Positions 51,095 through 61,313 of a stretch of 64,000 bases of DNA are shown one piece after another (within the stretch, counting starts at the first letter, position 1; every line of letters begins with the position of its first letter). The notes under the pieces are model-generated. The model was not told the DNA's origin, did not search any database, and was given only the letters and a program-made list of their open reading frames with translations. The DNA is from a virus: positions 32,783-96,782 of the IMG/VR virus record IMGVR_UViG_3300037851_000831; one strand, given 5' to 3'. A program made the translations under genes and the position numbers.

Positions 51095-51640
51095 TCATGG
51101 CTTTCGATCCGCGACGCAGAACACCGAGTACATGTCGGCAAGGTGTACCGCCCAAGCCTCGGGTGTTCTTGGTTCTTCTAAAGAGCCATAGTCAATGCGC
51201 CCATGATGAGCACGAATGCAATGGCTGATGTGTTTGGCAGTGTCGGAGTCAAACAAGTGAGCAAACGTATTCCAGAAATACTCGTCGCTCTTTTGGATAT
51301 GAAGGCTCTTTGTATAATCGGGCGTTTTCACCCACACGTTCGGTTCGACTTGTGTGTAAACGTGTATTTTTCCGTAGTCATGGAGAAGTGCCGATACGAA
51401 TAGAACGTCACCATCCATAGTTTTATTTGACTGTCTATCCACAAGATTGATGCCATCCATCGACCGATATATGACCTCGTAAGTATGTTCAGTCAACCCA
51501 CCATCGAATGAATGGTGTTTATCAGACGAACCGGGCCACAGACAAAACTTTGGATCGGCTGCTACGATATCGGCGATTTTGCAGGCAACATCGGATATCA
51601 ATATCGTAGAACTTGCGAAATTGACAATCTTGTTATACAT
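51095..51640 (-). CDS. HD-domain protein, YhaM-like 3'-5' exoribonuclease HD module
   Basis: HH...GGL.EHT, LLHDYGK, HHG..YGS...P.TPEA..VHLAD. Confidence 0.8.
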   Translation of the reverse strand: MYNKIVNFASSTILISDVACKIADIVAADPKFCLWPGSSDKHHSFDGGLTEHTYEVIYRSMDGINLVDRQSNKTMDGDVLFVSALLHDYGKIHVYTQVEPNVWVKTPDYTKSLHIQKSDEYFWNTFAHLFDSDTAKHISHCIRAHHGRIDYGSLEEPRTPEAWAVHLADMYSVFCVADRKP

Positions 51641-52097
51641 TGTGAAATGGAAGCATAGCCTTACGAATAGCATACTGCACCGTAGCCGTAAGGTCGTAGA
51701 AGTTTGGGATATTGTATCGTTGTGCAAGAGCATCCAAATATCCACATTTGGGTGCGCCGATGGGGTGACCCAACACACACTTACCTGAAGCGCACATCAT
51801 GCCATACTCAACGTTTGTGGTAAACGCTGGCATCGTCTGCATCTCACGAGGTACCCAAAAGAGAACGATTGTTGCGGTGTTCAAACCTTCCCATTCCCAT
51901 AACACTTGATTTTCATATTCCCATTTCGACCACTCACCTCCACGTGGTTCGGGAACGAGAACATTGCCATCAAAGCCATAATCCTCAATCAACTTGATTG
52001 CCTCGGGTCGCCAGCTTGCAACCGACTTGTCTCTTGGTGTTGGACCGGCAAGAAAAATTGACTTTGGTATCGGGTCGTGTGCGTATAGTACGTTCAT
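51633..52097 (-). CDS. nucleoside 2-deoxyribosyltransferase-like protein
   Basis: IFLAGPTPR...SWR...QV.WE...FWVPR...PAFTTNVEYG. Confidence 0.8.
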   Translation of the reverse strand: MNVLYAHDPIPKSIFLAGPTPRDKSVASWRPEAIKLIEDYGFDGNVLVPEPRGGEWSKWEYENQVLWEWEGLNTATIVLFWVPREMQTMPAFTTNVEYGMMCASGKCVLGHPIGAPKCGYLDALAQRYNIPNFYDLTATVQYAIRKAMLPFHNV

Positions 52098-52498
52098 AGA
52101 TTTTGGATAGTTCCGGTTAGGATAAGGTCGTGGGTGACGGGTGCCCAATCGGCAATGTCATTGGAATGCTTGGGCTTTCCCCCGTTCGGATTGACGGCGA
52201 CGGTCACGTGTGGAAAGGCATTGTTGGTCTTACCCTCAAATCCACTCAGGATGTTCACTTTCACGGCACATGCCATGTCTGAACGACCAAAGTATGTAAT
52301 CTCCATCTTGACGGGTTTGCCAATCAGTTTGTCGGCAATGAGACCAAACGGATTGATGGTCATGTGATGGGCGTAGAGTTTCCAGCCCGGAGGAATGTCA
52401 TTCTTGCACGCTCTCAGTAGAGCGTCATGTGATTCTTCATCCAGAAGCACGGCACTATACGTGGGCTTCTTCATCATGTCTTTGAGTTTGATTGCCAT
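52094..52498 (-). CDS. 2H phosphoesterase, tRNA-ligase CPDase-like
   Basis: Two HxT motifs (HHMTI, PHVTV) and KPKHSN. Confidence 0.8.
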   Translation of the reverse strand: MAIKLKDMMKKPTYSAVLLDEESHDALLRACKNDIPPGWKLYAHHMTINPFGLIADKLIGKPVKMEITYFGRSDMACAVKVNILSGFEGKTNNAFPHVTVAVNPNGGKPKHSNDIADWAPVTHDLILTGTIQNL

Positions 52499-53495
52499 AC
52501 TTCGATGTTGGATGACTGGTTGTAGTGGGTCAATACTTTTTTCACTATAATAAGTTGACACTTGAAAAAACGATGTGCAGCATGAAGGCATGAAATTTAC
52601 CAAGCAACCATTTGTCGTGGCAAAAGTGATGGCACTGTCTCTATGGCGGGATATCGTCGATTTCGCGCCGAGAGTAGGATTCTTCATTGTTGACACTCTA
52701 CACTATCTGTTTCTACCGGTGATTGTTTTACTGGTGGTTGTAGGTCTATTCGGCAAAATTTGCCATTCCATTTTTTCTCGACTTGGTGTTCGGGAGGATA
52801 TGTTTCCCGCCGATGTGATTGAGAGAATCCACGAGACTTGTGGTTTGTATCCGGAAATGTGGAGCGTCTATGTGTCAGTTGGATTATTCACTCTGGCAGG
52901 TGGAATCATCCTTGGCGCAATCTTCTTTCTACTCTATGGCATCTACGCCAATCTGCGCAAGAATTATCAAAACGCATTGAAAGAAGTTGCCAACAAGAAA
53001 GACTGATGATTACCGTCAAACAAATCTACAATTCCGGTGGTGCCTGCCCTTATCAACTTGAGGGATTGACCGATTCTGGAGAATACTTCTACCTTCGCTA
53101 TCGCGGCGGCAGACTTCGCTGCGGAACATGGAAGTCGATGGAATACTTCTTGACAGACGGCAACTACGAATACAATATCTTCGATCAAGTAATTGGAGAC
53201 CGCTATGACGGTTTCCCGGATCATGAACGCTTCATGAAACTCCTCAAAGACAAAGTAATCTTCCCCAAGTGGTTCAGATTTGAATCGGGATTGAAAGGCT
53301 CACCATGAAAACAATACAGACTATTTGGAACTGGATCAGAATTGTCAGCGGCGTCATTGCCGTGGTCGTTGCGTTTCTTCCCTATCCGGAAGGCGTGAAA
53401 GTTGAAAATCCAGTGATGGGAAATGTATTCTTGTTCCTCTTCGGAGCATTGCTTCTTCTTGCGGGTCTTGCCGATCACATCAAACAGAAAAACGC

Positions 53496-53957
53496 ATGAA
53501 ACACACACGATACGTCGCAGGCTTCATGTTCAGCGATGACCTTGAGAACGTCGTGCTTGTTATGAAGAATCGCCCGTCATGGCAAGCCGGTAAATACAAC
53601 GGCGTTGGTGGAAAGATCGAACCCGGTGAGTGGCATTACGATGCTATGATTCGAGAATTTCGAGAAGAGACGGGGTTTGAGACCAATCCCGGTGATTGGC
53701 ACGAGTATGCATGTTTGACTGGAACGGTGGATGGACCGGATGACCAATTCACAGTCGGTTTCTATTGGTGCAAAAAGTCGATGAAGGAAATGGTCGAGAA
53801 GATTTCAACCAAGACGGATGAAAACATTTACATCGTCGATGTGAAATACGTGCACCAAGACCCGTCGAAGTTCATTGAGAATCTTCCATGGCTCATTCCA
53901 CTTGCCTTTGACAATATGGTTGACGGCAGACCGAAGTTTGTTCACGCTGAATATTGA
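53496..53957 (+). CDS. Nudix hydrolase
   Basis: Nudix box GGKIEPGE...AMIREFREETG. Confidence 0.92.
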   Translation: MKHTRYVAGFMFSDDLENVVLVMKNRPSWQAGKYNGVGGKIEPGEWHYDAMIREFREETGFETNPGDWHEYACLTGTVDGPDDQFTVGFYWCKKSMKEMVEKISTKTDENIYIVDVKYVHQDPSKFIENLPWLIPLAFDNMVDGRPKFVHAEY

Positions 53958-54499
53958 TGAACAATCGAATGTCATTTTATCGCGTCGAACATGCGTTCAT
54001 GACGTATGAAGACTACAACATCAAAATCGGCGTGGGTCCATACAACTATGTGCGAACATACGATGGTATCCATTCGGAATACAGAACCGTGAGAAACCTT
54101 GCTGGAAGACTATTCATGAACGAGGATCGCCCGAAGCGATTCAAGAATCCCGGTTTTCTTTCCAACATACCTCTTCCAGCAACTTTCATTTCAAATCGCC
54201 CGGGACCGAGAGAAGACCCCGAAATGCGCCACGAGTTTGTGAATCGATATCTCGGAGGAAACGTGCGCCATGCACGCCCGAATTGGGCGATCATGTTTGG
54301 ATTCGACAGCAAGGATCAGTTGAGACGATGGTTCGACGATCCGGTTGAATGGGATTTGCTTGAAAAGTGCCGCTTCACTATCAATCGATACGTCGTTCCT
54401 ACCAAGGATGTAATGATCGGTCGTTGTCAGTGCGTATGGGATGTTTCCGAGCACAAAAAACACAAGGCAGAACAGTTGGAATTTCACCTAACTGATTGA
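53954..54499 (+). CDS. hypothetical phage protein
   Basis: FYRVEH...GPY...FGFDSKDQLRRWF. Confidence 0.65.
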   Translation: MMNNRMSFYRVEHAFMTYEDYNIKIGVGPYNYVRTYDGIHSEYRTVRNLAGRLFMNEDRPKRFKNPGFLSNIPLPATFISNRPGPREDPEMRHEFVNRYLGGNVRHARPNWAIMFGFDSKDQLRRWFDDPVEWDLLEKCRFTINRYVVPTKDVMIGRCQCVWDVSEHKKHKAEQLEFHLTD

Positions 54500-54512
54500 T
54501 ATTTATCGTTCG

Positions 54513-55004
54513 ATGAAATACGACGATGATGAAAAAGGCGATGTACGTGCGTCGGGGAAATCCTATAAAAATGTCGATGACTTGTTAGAGGAAATCTTCG
54601 GCAAAGACGCCGAATTAAAAAAACCAAATCCTTGGGTCGTTTGGTTTGAGGATATGACATATGAGCGTAAGGAAGCATCCATGCTCGGTCATGTCTTGAA
54701 AGTCGATGGGCACGAATATGCCGACTGGCGAGACTTCTGGAAGAACACACTTGCGGTAAGAGCCACCGTCAGAGATTATCCAAACCGAGATTGGTTTGAG
54801 GATGACTATCACAAGCCAATGCTTGAATTCTACTTTACCAAGAAGGAAGTAGATGGGCAAATTCTTTGGGATGCCGTGCTTCCATTTCGAGATGCCACCC
54901 TTGTCATCACCAACATGAAAATCAAGAGCGGTGAGAAGTATATGGCAACCGATGCCGCTGAGAGAAACCAAAATTTCCTTGACGACGTTAGTGAGGTATG
55001 GTAG
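54513..55004 (+). CDS. hypothetical protein with C-terminal FLDDVSEVW
   Basis: ORF preceded by GATATTTAT. Confidence 0.7.
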   Translation: MKYDDDEKGDVRASGKSYKNVDDLLEEIFGKDAELKKPNPWVVWFEDMTYERKEASMLGHVLKVDGHEYADWRDFWKNTLAVRATVRDYPNRDWFEDDYHKPMLEFYFTKKEVDGQILWDAVLPFRDATLVITNMKIKSGEKYMATDAAERNQNFLDDVSEVW

Positions 55005-55498
55005 GTGTTGAGTAATGAACATCGACGAATTTTCTCCCGAAGAACAAGCCACCATCAAAGATTTGGCTGACAGACAGAATTTAAGTGTGCTTGCACTCTT
55101 TAAGCAGGCACTTCGGGTGTATCAACTTCACATCGCAACGGGTCGAGGAAACGAAGAACTCTCCCGCAAATTTCCAAAAATGCTTCCCGAACACCAAGAG
55201 GTTAAAATGGATGTTTGGGGATGCTGCACATCATCGGATTGCCCGATAAAAGGTCAGTGTGCTCAACATGCCAGTGCAGGGGATTTCCGCGCCGAAGGCG
55301 GCGTACAACCTATGCTGATTCGTCTCCGTCGCGAAGGCTTCTATACGATGGGTTGCTGTACATATAAGAATTCCGAGCGATACATGGATTCGGGTATGAT
55401 CGCCAGAAAGTTTCTGGAACGTACCGATGTTGGGCATATCGTACGCCCAAACACCTAAAAAATCGCGACTTATTACAATTCCCGTGATACTTATTATC

Positions 55499-56005
55499 AT
55501 GGGAAAATTCATAGGCGAACTCGACACACGGCAAACGATTGAGAAGCACAAGGTTTATTGGCAACTTCTCACAGAACTCTCGTACGTCACCGACAAGGGT
55601 GAAACATACACGGTTCCTGCCGGATTCAAATCTGACTTAGCCTCCATTCCCCGTCTATTTTGGGCAATTCTTCCTCCCTTTGGAAGATACAGCAAGGCTG
55701 CTGTAATTCACGATTACCTATTGGCAAATAACAAAGTCATTCCAGACAATGAAAAGTTGACCATCGACAGAATCAACTACATTTTCAAAGAATCAATGAG
55801 AGAACTCAACGTTAACAAAGTTCAAATTGCAGTCATTCACTTCGCAGTTCAATTGTGGCTCAAATCAAAGACAAGAATTCTCAAAGCATGGAAAGCAATT
55901 TCACTATTGCGCACTATCATTGGCAGCACAGCATTTTCGTGGTGGACGGCAGCGGTAACTGCATGGAAAGCATACGATCTGTTCAAATTGTTCAGAAAGA
56001 AATAA
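55499..56005 (+). CDS. DUF1353 family protein
   Basis: VPAGF.SDLASIPR...AAVIHDYL. Confidence 0.85.
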   Translation: MGKFIGELDTRQTIEKHKVYWQLLTELSYVTDKGETYTVPAGFKSDLASIPRLFWAILPPFGRYSKAAVIHDYLLANNKVIPDNEKLTIDRINYIFKESMRELNVNKVQIAVIHFAVQLWLKSKTRILKAWKAISLLRTIIGSTAFSWWTAAVTAWKAYDLFKLFRKK

Positions 56006-56031
56006 CCAAATAACCATTGGATTGTTTTATG

Positions 56032-56063
56032 AGACCCGGCGAAATCGCCGGGTTTCTTTTTTT
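56032..56063 (+). terminator. intrinsic terminator
   Basis: AGACCCGGCG-AAAT-CGCCGGGTTT plus T run. Confidence 0.85.
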
Positions 56064-56826
56064 GTTGACACCGTGAGTTTCTATAGTATCGTTGGGTCAT
56101 GAACGCAAAAGAAGCACGCGCACTCACCAACAAAAACCTGATGGGACCAGCCATAAAAGAATACATGGATGTTATTCACGATCACATTTCCATGGCGGCA
56201 CAACGGGGCGAATCCAACATCACCAATCCATTGTATGTGGGTCGCAAGAGTGTTCCATTTCACCTTCATGAAGCCGTTCTTGATGCGCTTCGTTCCGAAG
56301 GATTTAAGATAGTCGATCATCCAGACCCCGACCCCGGCCATCCGGCTTCCGGACCATACACAACCCTGTCTTGGTGATGAAAAAGAAAGACAGACAGTGG
56401 AGTAAGTATGCCACTCCAAATTTGCCGAGACGCCGTGTCAAATGTAAGACGACGGTTGAACAGGTTGTTGAGAGAGTGACAGAACGTATCTCTACGCTCG
56501 GCTTGAATCAGATTACTCGTGAAGGGTTTACCGACAGTCGTACGCCGATCCACATCGTCGATCAGGCATTCAAAGTGTTGGCACAGAAAGGCTGGATTTA
56601 CGGTCGTCCGGCATCCCGTTTCTTTGTTCACGAATACTCTCCGAAGGTTTTCAACGTTCGTTATAACAAAGTTCCCGAACTCGTTGAAACACGAAAACTT
56701 CGTGAGGAAATGATAAGAGAGAAGCGGGAAGCCCTTCGCGCTCAATACGAAGCAGAAGGTAAAGAATGGCCGTATTCTGAGTAAGTGAGGCTTGACATTT
56801 TTCAATGAACCGTCAAACTTGCTGCC

Positions 56827-57537
56827 ATGCCTGAGAAGCCACTATACGACAATTGGAAGTTCCTCCACCCCAACGGAGAATTCATGTTTTGGGGTAGTGA
56901 GCGACTTGGACAGTGGTATCTGAAGAAGAACCTCGCCGTCATTGTTGAAGACACGTCGGGTCACGAGGGGGCTAAGTTTGTTGTACAGTTGAAATTCCAG
57001 CCGAAGGGTATGGGAGCACGCGACAACACCGCTCTCCGCAAGGCGAAGGATAATCTCTGCAAGCGTTGTGGATCGTCACTCGACCTGACTCGCCATCACA
57101 TCATCCCATATCGCTTTCGTAAAGCATTTCCGATTGACATGAAGTCGCACCGTTCGGAGCACGTGGCGGCATTGTGCGAATCCTGTCACCGTGTTTACGA
57201 AACGGAGGAAGCACCGAAGTTGCACAACGAACTTTTCGTTCTAAGTGAGAAGAGAATCTACACTCCGGAAGAGCGTCGGCAGATTTACATCCAGCAGAGC
57301 GCATGGTCGGCTCTGAAGAAGTGGCGTACGCTGCCGCCCCAGCGCATTGAAGAAATCATCTCCATTCTGAACCTTGAAGAGATTCCGAATGACGATCAGA
57401 TTCATGACAAGGTGTGTGAGTTTAAGCACATCATGTCAACGTTCGAAGCCGTACCGGCTTTGAGTGCGGAGATTGCATCTCGTATGGAAACCCATTGTTT
57501 GAAGAACTTCGAGGCGTGGGTCACACAAACACCATGA
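56827..57537 (+). CDS. HNH-like protein resembling the EXD2 C-terminal domain
   Basis: LYDN...P.G...QWYL.K; C..CG...HHIIP..FRK.FPI.MK.H.S..V..LC..CH. Confidence 0.75.
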   Translation: MPEKPLYDNWKFLHPNGEFMFWGSERLGQWYLKKNLAVIVEDTSGHEGAKFVVQLKFQPKGMGARDNTALRKAKDNLCKRCGSSLDLTRHHIIPYRFRKAFPIDMKSHRSEHVAALCESCHRVYETEEAPKLHNELFVLSEKRIYTPEERRQIYIQQSAWSALKKWRTLPPQRIEEIISILNLEEIPNDDQIHDKVCEFKHIMSTFEAVPALSAEIASRMETHCLKNFEAWVTQTP

Positions 57538-57868
57538 AAGTAAGCATCCAATTCATTCTTTTCAATCTGAGCATCTTCGACAACATCCCGGTGCAGAAGT
57601 TTTACATCGAGGCTGAAGGTGAGGATGTAAAGAAAATCCCCGCCTTCATCCAGAAAGTGCTCGACGATGACGCAAAAACACACGTGTTGAAGAGGCATTG
57701 GGTGACACCCTACTTGCTCGTAAAGCAGGGTGATAAATTCTGGACGATCTTTCCCAAGCGAGGTGAAACGACCAACGAACCGGAGCCGGGATTCGTCAAG
57801 AATGAAATCACCTATCATCCTTTCATCGGTCATTTTGAGGATGTGGAAAAGTTTGAAAAGAGAGTCGT

Positions 57869-58294
57869 ATGACAACTGCCATCTATCCAAACAGAGTAGC
57901 CGACAAACAGAAAGTCGAAATGCTGCTCTCTCTGATGGAAGAGGGCAATGGCTCCACACGCTTTTTCACCAAGAAGGGAACACTCTTCGCTACGGGATAT
58001 ACGCGGGTTGTCTATGGCGACCACGGTCCTTATGTTGAATTTGACCGTGTACACATCAAATCCGAATTGGTACATAAGTTCGGCAATCGCGTTCCGCCCA
58101 AGGATGCATTCTACATTTGGCTCGTTCCCACCGATGGTAGCGGACTGAAGGTCTATGACCAAAAGCGTGACGTAAAACATTTGAAGAATCCTCCCAAGGG
58201 AGGATTCATGGGAAATCGGTCTGAAGGATACGCCGACTACAAGGTTGGTATGATCTATGTCAGCCCATATGACTTTGGAGAAATCACATCATGA
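57869..58294 (+). CDS. hypothetical protein
   Basis: GYTRVVYGDHGPYVEF...YADYK; coupled to the coaD fusion. Confidence 0.7.
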   Translation: MTTAIYPNRVADKQKVEMLLSLMEEGNGSTRFFTKKGTLFATGYTRVVYGDHGPYVEFDRVHIKSELVHKFGNRVPPKDAFYIWLVPTDGSGLKVYDQKRDVKHLKNPPKGGFMGNRSEGYADYKVGMIYVSPYDFGEITS

Positions 58295-59373
58295 AGAAAA
58301 TCGCACTATACGCAGGCAGTTTCGATCCTGTCACCAACGGGCACCTTGATATCATCAAGCGTGCACTTCAGTTGTTCGACAAGGTTGTTGTCGGCATCGG
58401 CGTCAACCCAAACAAGACCGGCACGTTCAAGCCATTTCAGCGTCGTGGATTCATTCTGACGACATTGCACGAATACTACGCCACTGGTAGACTTGCGGTT
58501 GAGGAATATAAAGGATTGACCATCGATTATGCCAAGATGATCGGTGCCAAATACATCATCAAAGGTCTCCGCACCACACAGGATTTCGATTACGAGAGGC
58601 TTATCAACGACTTGAGTCTCACACAGCAGCGGGACATCGAAACGGTTCTTCTATTCTCCGATCAGAAGTTGGGTCATGTCAGTTCTAGTGCAGTCAAGGA
58701 ACTTGCCAAGCACGTTGGTTTGATTTCTGATATGGTTCCTCCGATTGTTCGGCGTGCACTTGAAAATTACGAAGGTCGCTCTATCGTTGGTGTAACCGGA
58801 ACGATTGGCTCCGGCAAGACCACGCTATGCAAGCGTCTGCAAACCACGACGAATGCACACTATCTCAACCTCGACGAAATTGCACATGAACTTCGTGAAG
58901 GTGAAGGTGGGTTGTGCGATGAAGTTCGTGACAAGGTGTATCTGGAATTCGGCATCCTTGACAAAAAGGCTATCGGCGAGGCGGTCTTCGGCAATCCCGA
59001 AAGGATGCAGAGGCTAAATGATATTTACCGGGAGCCTATGATGACCCTACTTCGCAATAAACTTTCTTCCTTGCGCGGAACAATCCTTCTGGAAGGTGCA
59101 TTGCTCTTGGAGTTTGGGTGGGAATTTCTCTGCTCAAGTGGTAATCTCATTCTGTTGACTACTCCAAACGATGAAGAGCACACTGCACGCTTAAAGAAAC
59201 GTGGGTACACCGATGAACAGATTGAAAAAAGGAAGGGCTCACAACTTTCCTTTGAAGCCAAAGACAGGCTCGCAACTGCTGCGCTCAAAAAAGGAGACTT
59301 GACACGGGTTATCTACTACGACAGTTTACGTGGTAACGCCGATATGCTCGCCGAAACAATCCGATCACTATGA
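58291..59373 (+). CDS. coaD: phosphopantetheine adenylyltransferase fused to dephospho-CoA kinase (CoaD-CoaE)
   Basis: YAGSFDPVTNGHLDII, GLR..DFDYE, SSSAVKE; then GVTGTIGSGKT P-loop, D.IAH, VFGN, EGALLLE. Confidence 0.9.
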   Translation: MKKIALYAGSFDPVTNGHLDIIKRALQLFDKVVVGIGVNPNKTGTFKPFQRRGFILTTLHEYYATGRLAVEEYKGLTIDYAKMIGAKYIIKGLRTTQDFDYERLINDLSLTQQRDIETVLLFSDQKLGHVSSSAVKELAKHVGLISDMVPPIVRRALENYEGRSIVGVTGTIGSGKTTLCKRLQTTTNAHYLNLDEIAHELREGEGGLCDEVRDKVYLEFGILDKKAIGEAVFGNPERMQRLNDIYREPMMTLLRNKLSSLRGTILLEGALLLEFGWEFLCSSGNLILLTTPNDEEHTARLKKRGYTDEQIEKRKGSQLSFEAKDRLATAALKKGDLTRVIYYDSLRGNADMLAETIRSL

Positions 59374-60131
59374 GCCTTTACTACAATCCATCACCAGAAG
59401 AAATCGAACTACGTGCCGAAATCAACCGTTTGCGCGGTGTGATTGACTCTCTTGCGGGCGTATCCGAGACCGCCAACCGGGTGACATTCTACGAACGAGA
59501 ATTCTATCCGCTCTCGAATTTCTCTTCGTTTCAAGTTTACTACGACCTGCGACTTTGGCCAACCTCGGAGCACGCTTATCAGGCGATGAAGTTTTCTTCG
59601 CAGACATTTTCTGTGTGGAAGTCGGTTCGTGATAACGAATACATTCGTCAGGAAGAAATCCGCAATCAGAAGTCGGCACATGATGCCTACAAACTTGCCA
59701 ATTCAATGAATGATGTGCGCCGACCCGACTGGAATGATGTGCGTGTCAAGTTCATGATCGACATTTGCCGTCACAAACTCCATCAGCACAAATACGTTCA
59801 GAAGAAACTCGTTCAGACCGGCAATCGAGAAATCATTGAATCTTCTCCCACTGACAACTTTTGGGGATGGGGACCAAATCGTGATGGGCAGAACATGCTC
59901 GGAAAGATTTGGATGACCCTGCGCATGGAATGGAATGCCGGAACACATGCGACTGGTATCGAATGGCTGCGCCGACACAATGAGGCAAATCCAGATCAAC
60001 CGGTTGAAATCATCGACCCGGACGGATGGCGACGCAATGATGGTGTGTATTTCGAAACACCAATCACCAAGGAAGATTTCGAAGAGAGGCTGTGCCATTG
60101 CACAGTTTCGGGTCTTCAGAGAAAATTCTGA
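59370..60131 (+). CDS. NADAR (YbiA) family protein
   Basis: LSNF, WPTSEHAYQAMKF, D.FWG, GQNMLGKIWM.LR. Confidence 0.9.
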   Translation: MSLYYNPSPEEIELRAEINRLRGVIDSLAGVSETANRVTFYEREFYPLSNFSSFQVYYDLRLWPTSEHAYQAMKFSSQTFSVWKSVRDNEYIRQEEIRNQKSAHDAYKLANSMNDVRRPDWNDVRVKFMIDICRHKLHQHKYVQKKLVQTGNREIIESSPTDNFWGWGPNRDGQNMLGKIWMTLRMEWNAGTHATGIEWLRRHNEANPDQPVEIIDPDGWRRNDGVYFETPITKEDFEERLCHCTVSGLQRKF

Positions 60132-60491
60132 TATGACAAACATCAAACGTATTAGGCGAAAGATCAAAGCCGAACGGCGGGCTCAAGTCAAAACTTGGGA
60201 CGATATTCTGGAACAAAAACGATCTTTCGACGATTACGTTGCTTCCATGGATAAGAAGCAATTGCTCCGTCATGTGTACTTCATGGTAAAGTATCTTGGC
60301 GATCAAGCACGATTGCGCTCAAATGATCTTCTGAAGAAAGAAGACGATCCGTATCAAAGCGGTAAAGATGCCGGTGCAGCCGATGCTTACGAGTCGATTG
60401 TATTTCATCTTCAGCGCCCGGAACTTTTGATCGGACTGGATTACAACAAAATCAATAAGGCTGGAATCACGCCTCCACACTGGCTTCAGTA

Positions 60492-60707
60492 ATGAACTTC
60501 ACCTATGACAAGAAGGCGGATGCCGGTTACGTCACGATCATTCCGAAGAGTGAAGTGATGGAAGCCATCGAAACTATTCCGATGGGTGAAGGCGTTTTGC
60601 TTGACCGTGAAATGCACTCAAAGAAGATCGTTGGTGTCGAAATCCTTTTTCTAAAACAAAAGATGGGGCTTTCTCCCAAATCGGCTGCGGAAGAATTCTT
60701 CGGCTGA
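60492..60707 (+). CDS. DUF2283 family protein
   Basis: YDKKADAGYV...VLLD...IVGVEIL. Confidence 0.75.
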   Translation: MNFTYDKKADAGYVTIIPKSEVMEAIETIPMGEGVLLDREMHSKKIVGVEILFLKQKMGLSPKSAAEEFFG

Positions 60708-61313
60708 TCTAAAAGAATTCATTCCTTTCATAAAAGAAACGGAAATGGGTAGTTGGGTTGTATATATGATATGTGGAAGCAACAACCCAAGATATCGCAA
60801 CGAACGAATCTCTGCTTGAAATGTGGAGAGACGGTCTTTTTATAGACGTAGCCGACGCACTCAAGGAGAAATCACCAGAATTTGTGGTTTCGTTCTGCAA
60901 CTACCTCGTTCGATTTCAAGGTGTAAATGAACTTTCCGTTCTCACCAAACTACTCACATAATATGGCACAAGACGTTACAGCAAAGGCAATCATTTCCGT
61001 CGAATCTGAAACATTTAAGCGCATTTCTTACACAGCAGAAGTCGCTCGAAAAACCGCATCGGGAGCAAAGATCATTCTCGAAATGAAAAAAGTGTTCGAT
61101 GCAATCCGCGCAGCAGCCGAGGACGGCTCGTTTGCCATGGAATTTCCTGCGGGTGTATTGGCAGATGATCACAAGACAATTCTTGAGCATTTGGGATACA
61201 AACTTTCCACCGTGCCTTCCGAGACGGGTCATAGAGACGTTGTTGGTTGGTAAATTTGGAAAAACCGGGCGGGATAAACGGAGCATCCTATATTTATAGG
61301 TGTTCCGTTTACC

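Larger units (their letters stand above)
24281..56830 (+). promoter_or_regulatory. more than 20 plus-strand TTGAC(T/A) promoters of the same family
   Basis: For example 24281, 24424, 25059, 25709, 26316, 26699, 27250, 27726, 29684, 30439, 30574, 32784, 32933, 36349, 39081, 40749, 44200, 48208, 48977, 56065, 56792. Confidence 0.75.

Noticed and set aside
53954-54499. ADP-ribosyltransferase call from the YR...S pattern
   Set aside because: Cannot identify the full catalytic triad by eye; left as hypothetical.
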